The notes beneath the pieces were generated by a model, which ran no database searches, was not told where the DNA came from, and saw only the letters and a list, made by a program, of their open reading frames with translations. This document shows positions 21,882 to 28,793 of a stretch of 28,793 bases of DNA, piece after piece; position 1 is the stretch's first letter, and each line of letters opens with the position of its first letter. A program made the position numbers and the translations under genes. Source of the stretch: Acidimicrobiia bacterium (GTDB lineage Bacteria > Actinomycetota > Acidimicrobiia > IMCC26256 > JACDBD01); the NCBI GenBank assembly GCA_031177445.1, contig JAPSGP010000001.1:1-28793 (forward strand), read 5' to 3'.

Positions 21882-23270
21882 TCAGGGCTCGAGGGCGTAG
21901 AACGACCGGCCCGGCTTGGTGCTGATGTACGACAGGCCGCTGCCGAAGTAGACGCGCTTGCCGACGAGCACCGGCGCGCTCGACACCGTGCCGTCGGTGG
22001 CGAACCGGAACAGCTCCCGCCCGGTCCTCGTGTCGAACGCCTGGACCTCGTCGTCGGGTGCGACGAACCCGACGCCGTTGCCGAGCGTGATCGGGGCCCA
22101 CACGAACGCCGGCAGGTCGCGCTGCCACCTGACCCTCCCGGTACTGGGATCGAGCGCCATCAGCACCGCCTCCGGCGCGCCCTCGGCGCGGCGCTGCCGG
22201 CCCGGGCCGTTGTTGCCGGCGACGATGATGCTGCGACCGTCGTAGGCGCCGTTGTTGAACACGCCGCCGACGAGCGCGCTCCCGCCGCTCACCTGTCGCT
22301 GCCAGACGACCTCGCCCGTCTCTCGGTCGAGGACCCAGAACATGCCCGACTTCTGTCCCGCCCCGAGGAGCTTGCGCCCCGCGCCGCCGATCCGCGCCTC
22401 GAACAGGATCGGGTTCGTGCCGAGATCCGAGTCCTCGGACACCGGGTTCCGAATCGTGAACACGTCACCCTGGGTGACCTGCCGGATCCAGCGGGGCGTG
22501 CCGGTGGCGACGTCGAGGGCGATGATCGAGTCGGAGGTCGGCCCCGCCGTCTCGGTGTAGTTGTTGCCGGTGGTGATGAACACGGTGCCGGTCTCGGCGT
22601 CGTACGACGGCGTCGACCACACGCCGACCCCGTTGTAGGGCGGCTCCGCGGTGCGAAAGCGCCACCGCTCGGATCCGGTGCGCCGGTCGAAGGCAACCGC
22701 GCCCCCACGGAACATGGCGTGCTCCTCTGCCGCCACCTCCTCGATCGACGACAGGCCGACCACGACCACGCTCCCCGCGACCACCGGTGACGAGAATCCG
22801 ACACTGAACTCCTGGTCGTCGGTCACCGCCGTCCAACGGTCCTCGCCCGTCCGCGGGTCGAGCGCCCACAGCTCGGCGTCGCTGGTGTGCACGTAGAGCA
22901 CGCGCCGGAAGTACGTCGGCGAGGACGTGCCCTGGATGTCCTCGCGCTTCCACAGCTCGTCGCCGTTGTCGGCGTCGAGCGCGACCAAACCCTCGCCGGA
23001 GAGCGCGAACACGGTGCCGCCGGCGACCGCGGGTGCCCCGTTCACGGGCCCCGGCGGCGTGTACTTCCAGGCCTCACCGAGCTCGGTCGCCTCGCGGGCG
23101 GTGAGCGAGGCCCCACGGTTGTGGAACGAGGAACCGGCGTCGTACCCGAGTTGGGGCCACGAGTCCCGCCCCCCGCCGCCCCGGTCACCGGCGGCAGCCG
23201 GGCCTCCGACCAGAGCGGTCAGCGTGAGCGCGCTCGCGACCGCGACGGCACGCCTGCCCCCCGACAGCAC
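21882..23270 (-). CDS. Secreted PQQ-binding beta-propeller protein, polyvinyl-alcohol-dehydrogenase-like (462 aa)
   Basis: Signal peptide; repeated A.D..TG...W blades; GVWSTPSYD, TTGNNY, D.DLGTNP, AGQKSG..W.LD..TG motifs; no heme c CxxCH. Confidence 0.8.
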   Translation of the reverse strand: MLSGGRRAVAVASALTLTALVGGPAAAGDRGGGGRDSWPQLGYDAGSSFHNRGASLTAREATELGEAWKYTPPGPVNGAPAVAGGTVFALSGEGLVALDADNGDELWKREDIQGTSSPTYFRRVLYVHTSDAELWALDPRTGEDRWTAVTDDQEFSVGFSSPVVAGSVVVVGLSSIEEVAAEEHAMFRGGAVAFDRRTGSERWRFRTAEPPYNGVGVWSTPSYDAETGTVFITTGNNYTETAGPTSDSIIALDVATGTPRWIRQVTQGDVFTIRNPVSEDSDLGTNPILFEARIGGAGRKLLGAGQKSGMFWVLDRETGEVVWQRQVSGGSALVGGVFNNGAYDGRSIIVAGNNGPGRQRRAEGAPEAVLMALDPSTGRVRWQRDLPAFVWAPITLGNGVGFVAPDDEVQAFDTRTGRELFRFATDGTVSSAPVLVGKRVYFGSGLSYISTKPGRSFYALEP

Positions 23271-23282
23271 ACACGGACGTTA
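23271..23282 (-). promoter_or_regulatory. Leaderless -10 for PQQ protein
   Basis: Minus strand TAACGT-CCGTGT-GTG (TANNNT-N6-start); no SD. Confidence 0.6.
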
Positions 23283-23292
23283 GATCGATCGG

Positions 23293-23643
23293 TTACGGCC
23301 GTGTCGCTGCCATCGGCTCGGCGGCCCGGACGCCGTCGCCGAACACGTCGGGCGCGGGGCCGGCCTCGCTCGGCTGGGAGTCGGACTGCTTCGTGCGGAA
23401 GAAGTAGTACGCCGCCGCGCCGCCCAGCACCACGATCACCAGGCTTCCACGGCCGGCGCGGCGCGTGGTGCGCTTCCGGCGGTGCCTGTCGAGCGGCGTG
23501 TCGACGGGGAGCTTCTTCGCCCGCTTCTCGAGCTTCCGCTCGAGCTTCTTGGCGTGCTTGGCGTACTTCTTGGCGTACTTCTTGCCCTTCCGGCCGTACT
23601 GCGAGCCGGCGTCTTCCACGAACTCTTTCACGTCCAGTGCCAT
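23293..23643 (-). CDS. Small Lys/Arg-rich single-pass membrane protein (116 aa)
   Basis: SD GAGGAG before GTG-ATG; KKYAKKYAKHAKKLERKLEKRAKK basic tract, then hydrophobic SLVIVVLGGAAAYYFF. Confidence 0.75.
   Translation of the reverse strand: MALDVKEFVEDAGSQYGRKGKKYAKKYAKHAKKLERKLEKRAKKLPVDTPLDRHRRKRTTRRAGRGSLVIVVLGGAAAYYFFRTKQSDSQPSEAGPAPDVFGDGVRAAEPMAATRP
23525..23589. repeat. Short coding tandem repeats encoding KKYA/KHA/KLE units
   Basis: CTTCTTGGCGT(G/A), CTTGGCGTA and CTCGAGCTT units repeated on the + strand. Confidence 0.6.
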
Positions 23644-23673
23644 CACCGCTCCTCGGATCCGAGATCGATTGCC

Positions 23674-23698
23674 TACCCGCACGAGCAGAGACGGAAAC
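23674..23698 (-). promoter_or_regulatory. SigF/SigB-type general stress promoter
   Basis: Minus strand GTTT-16 bp-GGGTA, matching the mycobacterial SigF consensus GTTT-N15-17-GGGTA, about 30 nt upstream of the Lys-rich gene. Confidence 0.65.
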
Positions 23699-24433
23699 TC
23701 AACCGCTGCCGTCGGAGGTGACTGCAGCGACCGCGGGCTCCTCGCCGAGGTACGACGCCACCAGCGTCTGGCGGTCGGCGAGCTCGGCGGCCGATCCCTC
23801 GAGCACGATGCGCCCGTTCACGATCACCGACGCCCGGCTGCACACCTTCAACGCCATGACCGTGTTCTGCTCGACCAGCAGCAGCGGGGTGCGAACAGCG
23901 ATCTTGCGCAGCGCCGCGAACAGCGACCGCGCGACCTTCGGCGCCAGGCCGAGCGAAGGCTCGTCCAGCAGCAGCAGGCGCGGCCCGGCGACGAGGGCTC
24001 GGCCGATGGCGACCATCTGCTGCTCGCCGCCGGAGAGCGCGCCGCCGAGCCGCCTGCGCAGCGGGGCCAACCCGGAGAACAGCTCGTACACCTCATCGAG
24101 GCTGTAGGCGTCGGCGCGGCCCCGGCGTGCGGTCGTGCCGACGAGGAGGTTCTCGTGCACTGTGAGCGTGGTGAACACCCGGCGTCCCTCGGGCACGTGG
24201 ATGAGCCCCCGGCGGGCGGCACCCTGGACACTGAGCCGGCGGCAGTCGATGCCGTCGAAGCGGATCGAGCCCCGGAACCCGGTGAGGCCCGAGATCGCCC
24301 GCAGCGTCGACGTCTTGCCGGCGCCGTTGGGACCGATGAGCGCGACGACTTCACCTTCGAGCACGTCGAGGTCGATGCCGCGCACCGCTTCGACGGCCCC
24401 GTAGGACACTTCGACGCCCCGCAGCTCGAGCAC
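23699..24433 (-). CDS. livF: Branched-chain amino acid-type ABC transporter ATPase (244 aa)
   Basis: GPNGAGKTS, HVPEGRRVF..LTV.ENL, LSGGEQQM, LLLDEPSLGLAP, LLVEQN; SD GAGGAGG before GTG 24433. Confidence 0.92.
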   Translation of the reverse strand: MLELRGVEVSYGAVEAVRGIDLDVLEGEVVALIGPNGAGKTSTLRAISGLTGFRGSIRFDGIDCRRLSVQGAARRGLIHVPEGRRVFTTLTVHENLLVGTTARRGRADAYSLDEVYELFSGLAPLRRRLGGALSGGEQQMVAIGRALVAGPRLLLLDEPSLGLAPKVARSLFAALRKIAVRTPLLLVEQNTVMALKVCSRASVIVNGRIVLEGSAAELADRQTLVASYLGEEPAVAAVTSDGSG

Positions 24434-24435
24434 GG

Positions 24436-26508
24436 CTAGAGATCCTCCTCGTCGACGCCCAGGTACGCATCCACGACTCGCTGGTCCTCGAAGACGGTGT
24501 CGGCCGCACCGACGGCGACGAGCTGCCCGAGCTCGAGTACGGCGATGCGATCGCACAGGGAGGTGATGAAGTCGAGCTTGTGGTCGACGAGGAGCATCGA
24601 CACACCCTCGCGCTGCAGGTTGCGCAGGTGCTCCGCCAGCTGCTCGGTCTCGCTGGCATCGAGGCCGGCCGACGGCTCGTCGAGCAACAGGATGCGCGGC
24701 TGGGCGTTGATCGCGCGCGCGAGCTCGAGCAGCCGGCGCTGGCCGTACGACAGCCGCGCCGTCGGGTCCTCGGCGACATCGCCCAGCCCGACCTGCTCGA
24801 GCGCAGCGGCGGCATCGTCCCAGCGGGCGCGCTCACGACTGATCATCGCGGGGCGCACCGAGCACGCCGCTGTCATGCCGGATAGCGTGCGATCGGGCGC
24901 CGACAGGAGCACGTCTTCGAGGCAGGTGAGGTGGATGTAGGTCTGGGGCGCCTGGAACGTCCGCACCACGCCCAGCCGGCGCACCCGCCAAGGCTTGCCG
25001 AACGGCACGCCGGCGCCGTGCACCTCGACGGAGCCCGACGCCGGCACGACGCCCGTGAGCGCGTTCAGGAACGTGGTCTTCCCGCTGCCGTTGGGCCCCA
25101 CGAGCCCGAGGATCTCGTCCTCCAGCACCGAGAGGCTCACGCCATCCACCGCCCGCACCCCACCGAACTGCACCCGGATGTCGTCGGCAACCAGCACCGC
25201 GGGCGCGGCACCGTCCGGGTCCGGCGCTCTGTTCCCTTCGACCGTTGGCGCAGACGAGCCGGTAACAGGGGGGTGTTCTGCACCAACGCTGCCGGGAGGC
25301 CGGCCGTCGTCGCGGGGTGGGGGTGGCTGTCGATCGCGCTCCTTCTTCCGCGGGGTGATGCCGAACAGGTCGCTGAGCCAGGTGCGCTGGGCCGGGTGCA
25401 CCCGCCCGAGGAGGAGCGACTTCACCCGCCGTCCGATGCCGACCAGCCCTTCGGGGAAGGCGATCATCGTGATGACGAGCAGCGACCCGAAGAAGATGTC
25501 GCGGAAGTCGCCCAGCCTGTGCTCTTGGCCGAACGCGTCGACCGTGAACTCGACCCCGGGAATCCCGAGCACGCCACCCTGCAGCCACTGGGGGACGAAC
25601 ACGTAGAAGGCGGCGCCCACGATCGGGCCCCAGCGCGACTCGAGACCGCCGAGGATCAGCATCACGAAGATGCCGAGGCCGAGGTCGATACCGAACGACT
25701 CGGGGGTGGCGAAGGTCTTCGTGTGCACGAAGATGGTCCCCGCGACACCGGCGATGACCGAGCCGAGCACGAACATCGCTACGCGTACGCGAAGCGTCGG
25801 CACGCCGACCGTCGCGGCCACGACCTCCTGGTCACGCCCGGCCATCGCCTCCCGCTGCACCGGTGAGCGCGCCAGCCAGATCGTAAGCAGGAGCACGACG
25901 GCCAGCGCCGACAGCCACAACCAGAACTGGCGGTACGAGTCGTCGAACGGAAAGCCGAAGATCGAGGCCCGCCGGATGCCGGCGGTGGTGTCGCCACTGG
26001 CGTTCGTGAACTCGGTCCACCGCCGCAGCAACACGAGCACGATCTCGCTCAGGCCGAGCGTGCCGATGGCGAAGTAGAAGTGCGACGCCCGCCGCATGAG
26101 CAGCGAGAACACCACCGCGATCACGGCGGTGACCACGATGCCGACGACCAGACCCATCCAGAACGAGTCGACGCCGAACAGCGCGATGCGCGTCGCCCAC
26201 GCCGAGGTGTAGCCGCCGATCGCGGCGAAGGCTGCCTGCGAGAACGCGAACTGCCCCGACACTCCGAATACGAGGTAGAAGCCGACGACGATGACGCTGT
26301 AGTAGAGCCACGTGTTGATGAGGTCCTGGTCGCCGAGCCCGGTCACGCCGTACTGCCGGTACAGCGCCACGCCGAGCAGGAACAGACCCAGCCACAGGTA
26401 GGGCTGGCCTCGCATCGCCGGCGGCCGCGCCCGCGCTCGCGCCCTCCCATCGCTTGCCACGCGAGCCGGCGCCGGCGCCGCCTGCGTCTCGACCGCGGTC
26501 CGGCTCAC
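24436..26508 (-). CDS. Fused LivM-type permease and LivG-type ATPase (690 aa)
   Basis: N-terminal SGQFAFSQAAF, YFAIGTL, LGGL...GPIVGA; Pro-rich linker; C-terminal GPNGSGKTT, LSYGQRRLLELARA, LLDEPSAG, LVDH; GTG 26508 overlaps the livH stop. Confidence 0.92.
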   Translation of the reverse strand: MSRTAVETQAAPAPARVASDGRARARARPPAMRGQPYLWLGLFLLGVALYRQYGVTGLGDQDLINTWLYYSVIVVGFYLVFGVSGQFAFSQAAFAAIGGYTSAWATRIALFGVDSFWMGLVVGIVVTAVIAVVFSLLMRRASHFYFAIGTLGLSEIVLVLLRRWTEFTNASGDTTAGIRRASIFGFPFDDSYRQFWLWLSALAVVLLLTIWLARSPVQREAMAGRDQEVVAATVGVPTLRVRVAMFVLGSVIAGVAGTIFVHTKTFATPESFGIDLGLGIFVMLILGGLESRWGPIVGAAFYVFVPQWLQGGVLGIPGVEFTVDAFGQEHRLGDFRDIFFGSLLVITMIAFPEGLVGIGRRVKSLLLGRVHPAQRTWLSDLFGITPRKKERDRQPPPPRDDGRPPGSVGAEHPPVTGSSAPTVEGNRAPDPDGAAPAVLVADDIRVQFGGVRAVDGVSLSVLEDEILGLVGPNGSGKTTFLNALTGVVPASGSVEVHGAGVPFGKPWRVRRLGVVRTFQAPQTYIHLTCLEDVLLSAPDRTLSGMTAACSVRPAMISRERARWDDAAAALEQVGLGDVAEDPTARLSYGQRRLLELARAINAQPRILLLDEPSAGLDASETEQLAEHLRNLQREGVSMLLVDHKLDFITSLCDRIAVLELGQLVAVGAADTVFEDQRVVDAYLGVDEEDL
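25243..25288 (-). repeat. Imperfect inverted repeat in frame within the LivM-LivG linker
   Basis: CGTTGGCGCAGA (25243-25254) / TCTGCACCAACG (25277-25288), 11/12 complementary; the imperfect pair is G-U on the mRNA strand. Confidence 0.5.
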
Positions 26509-27398
26509 AGTCGCTGCACGCTTCCCCGCGTGAACAGCCCCTGGGGCCGCAACGCGATGATCAGCAGCATCAGGATGAACGGGTACATCGCCTTGAAGTC
26601 GCGCCCCACGTAGCCGCCGAAGAGGTGCTCGACCAGCCCAATGGCCACGCCGCCGACGACGACGCCGCCGATGCTGCCGAACCCGCCCAGCACCGCCGCC
26701 GCGAAGCCCAGAAGCATGAAGTTGAAGCCCAGGGTCAGATCGACGCTGCCGAGGGGCGCGAGCAGGATGCCGGCGACGCCGGCGAGCGCCGCCGACAGGC
26801 CGAACGCCAGCATCGACAGCCAGTTCACCGGGACGCCGCACAGCTTGGCGGTGTCACGGTCGTTGGCGGTCGCCCGCAGCTGACGTCCGAACTGCGTGAA
26901 CGCGAACAACGCGATCGTCGCCGAAACGACCACGATGGTGACGACGACGATCAGCACGCGCTGCTGGCTGATGTTCGCACCGGCGATCCCGACGACCTCT
27001 CCTCGCAGCGGGCTGTCGAGGAACTTGGGCGTCGTGCCCTGCCACAGCCCGATGAAGGCACGCAGCACGAGTGCTGCTCCCAGGGTGGTGATGACGATCA
27101 CGTGGATCGAGCGGCCGCGCAGCGGCGCGTAGGCCAGCCGCTCGAGCACCATGCCGATGGCGAACATGATGAGCACCGTGACGATGTACCCGGGCACGAG
27201 ATCGAGCGCGCCGAGCCCGAACATGCCCTCCTTCTGGGTCACCCAGATCGCGATGTAGGCGCCGAGGGTGATGAGGTCGCCTTGGGCGAAGTTCACCACC
27301 CCCGTCGCCTTGTAGGTCAGGAGGAAGCCGACGGCCGCGAGCGCCGCAATGGCGCCCGCGGCCAGTCCGCTCGCGGTGAGCGCGACGAACGTGCTCAC
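26505..27398 (-). CDS. livH: Branched-chain amino acid-type ABC permease (297 aa)
   Basis: GFLLTYKATGVVNFAQGD, ERLAYAPLR, FGRQLRATA, AAVLGGFGSIGG, RPQGLF. Confidence 0.93.
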   Translation of the reverse strand: MSTFVALTASGLAAGAIAALAAVGFLLTYKATGVVNFAQGDLITLGAYIAIWVTQKEGMFGLGALDLVPGYIVTVLIMFAIGMVLERLAYAPLRGRSIHVIVITTLGAALVLRAFIGLWQGTTPKFLDSPLRGEVVGIAGANISQQRVLIVVVTIVVVSATIALFAFTQFGRQLRATANDRDTAKLCGVPVNWLSMLAFGLSAALAGVAGILLAPLGSVDLTLGFNFMLLGFAAAVLGGFGSIGGVVVGGVAIGLVEHLFGGYVGRDFKAMYPFILMLLIIALRPQGLFTRGSVQRL

Positions 27399-27401
27399 GC
27401 G

Positions 27402-28625
27402 TTACGAAGGCGGCGGCGCCGGGGCCACCGTCGTGGGCGGGATCGTGGTCTCCGGCACGACACCCGCGAGCTCGTTGGGCGCGAACCGGAAGCGCTTCGC
27501 CACCCTGATCTCACCCTCGGCGTTCCATCGGGTCAGGTCGGCGGTGTGCTGGAGCACGTTCAGGTCGTCGGACTGGTACCGGGCACAGATGCCGTTGTAC
27601 GTCATCCCTGCGATCGTGCGGATGAGCCGCCTCGGAGCGACCGACTCTGCCTGCCGCGCCGCGGCCGCGATCAGCTTGACCATGTCGTACGCCTGCGCTG
27701 CCGAGTAGATCGGTGGTTCGCCCCCGGACACGCCCTCGTAGTCGGAGACCCAGTTCCTCACCTTTCTCGACTTCGAGACCGTGGGGACGCAATCGTCGAC
27801 GCCGCGCAGGTTCACGGCCGCGTCGCCGGTCACCGCACCGCTGGCGACGGCGATGCCGGCGCTGGCACCGTCGACGTGCGGGACGTCGATGCCGTTGTCG
27901 ATGAGCTGTTGGGCGAACACGCCGATCGGGTTGGGGAAGTTGAAGTCGATGATGGCGTCGGCGCCGTCCATCGCTCGGGCCTGCTCGGTGAGGTCGGTGG
28001 CGGTGGTCGAGTTGGTGCGCTCGGCCACGATCTCGACCCCGCGAGCCGCGTCGAACACCTCCCTCGCGGCATTGCAGCCGTTCACGCCGGTGGCATTGTC
28101 GACACAGAGCATGCCGATCCGCTTCGCGTCGAGGTCGTCGACCACGTACTCGGCTTCCTTGGTGGCGACGTTGGTGTCGACCGGGCGAATCAGGAAGATG
28201 TTGTCGCCGCCGTTCGGGCCGTTCTTCACCAGCTGCTCACCCGAGGACAGCGAGAAGAACGGGATGCCGGAGTCCACGATGCGCTGGGAGATCGCGATGG
28301 TCTGCGAGCTCGCCGGGAACCCGATGATCGCGTCGGGGTCCTCATCGAGCGCCTGGTTCAACGCCGTCTCGGCCGCCGCGGGTGTGAGCGGCGCCGCGAT
28401 GCGCGAGTACTCGACCCTGCTCCCCAGCTCGTCGGCCGCCAGCTGCGCCCCGTTGGCGTAGTAGGGCACGGCGGCCGGGCTCTCTCCGGTGGTCTCGGCG
28501 AGCAGGATGATCTTGACCGTCGGGGCTCCGCCACCGCCGGCCCCAGCCGTTCCGGCGCCCACCGCGGTGGCGCCGGCGGCGACCCCCACGGCGAGCAACG
28601 CACACACGGACCTCTTGAGTCTCAC
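27402..28625 (-). CDS. ABC substrate-binding protein, LivK/LivJ-like (407 aa)
   Basis: Type I periplasmic-binding pattern, AQAYD.V.LIA.AA; SD AAGGGGGAG before GTG 28625; signal peptide; first gene of the liv cluster seen in full. Confidence 0.85.
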   Translation of the reverse strand: MRLKRSVCALLAVGVAAGATAVGAGTAGAGGGGAPTVKIILLAETTGESPAAVPYYANGAQLAADELGSRVEYSRIAAPLTPAAAETALNQALDEDPDAIIGFPASSQTIAISQRIVDSGIPFFSLSSGEQLVKNGPNGGDNIFLIRPVDTNVATKEAEYVVDDLDAKRIGMLCVDNATGVNGCNAAREVFDAARGVEIVAERTNSTTATDLTEQARAMDGADAIIDFNFPNPIGVFAQQLIDNGIDVPHVDGASAGIAVASGAVTGDAAVNLRGVDDCVPTVSKSRKVRNWVSDYEGVSGGEPPIYSAAQAYDMVKLIAAAARQAESVAPRRLIRTIAGMTYNGICARYQSDDLNVLQHTADLTRWNAEGEIRVAKRFRFAPNELAGVVPETTIPPTTVAPAPPPS

Positions 28626-28793
28626 TGGCTCTCCCCCTTGTTGACGCCGGACATCCCCCGTCCGACTGGATGTACCCCTTCGCAACCCTGCCCCTGGCTT
28701 CTCGCTGTCGGCGCCCGCGCGGCGGCGCGGTATGTGGCGCGCGCCTGCTCCGCCATGTCGTGCACCTCGATCAGCGTTTGATCGATGAGCCCG
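28622..28793 (-). CDS. Probable 3' end of an upstream gene, product unknown
   Basis: Open frame GLIDQTLIEVHDMAEQARATYRAAA...GESQ* whose TGA overlaps the SBP GTG (GTGA coupling); too little sequence to assign. Confidence 0.5.
   Translation of the reverse strand, partial: GLIDQTLIEVHDMAEQARATYRAAARAPTARSQGQGCEGVHPVGRGMSGVNKGESQ

Noticed and set aside
23652-23663. 12-bp palindrome CTCGGATCCGAG overlapping the SD of the Lys-rich gene
   Set aside because: Too short to form a stable RNA hairpin and plausible by chance; no second copy seen.
1-28793. CRISPR arrays, tRNA/rRNA, IS elements, prophage, known defence systems, a complete biosynthetic gene cluster
   Set aside because: No regularly spaced repeats, RNA gene signatures, transposase/integrase motifs or scaffold-building synthases (PKS, NRPS, terpene, RiPP precursor) were seen.

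Overview
High-GC (roughly 70% by eye) actinobacterial chromosomal segment, Acidimicrobiia-like in gene content (inference). It holds about 27 tightly packed protein genes, two truncated by the window edges. I saw no rRNA, tRNA, CRISPR array, integrase or transposase. Most genes are accessory redox, catabolic or efflux functions: an F420-dependent LLM oxidoreductase, a VOC protein, a P450, two NADPH:quinone oxidoreductases, a sulfotransferase, an aldo/keto reductase, a cyclase-family hydrolase, a D-2-hydroxyacid dehydrogenase, a crotonase, two DHA2 MFS pumps, a PQQ beta-propeller and a Liv-type ABC importer. Signalling genes are a USP, an RsbW-like HATPase-GNAT fusion, an adenylate cyclase-STAND-TPR protein and MarR. 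The non-coding DNA is unusually readable. It includes a SoxR/MerR-type promoter with a 19-bp spacer and no soxR in the window, a perfect 20-bp MarR operator, a SigF-type stress promoter, six to eight leaderless promoters (two back-to-back pairs), and long REP-like hairpins, one in frame inside a protein linker. The best candidate for an undescribed system is a co-oriented cyclase / degenerate-HATPase-acetyltransferase / USP cluster that resembles the mycobacterial cAMP-acetyltransferase-USP pathway. That link is a hypothesis, not shown by the sequence. All family calls come from motif recognition by eye; no database searches were run.
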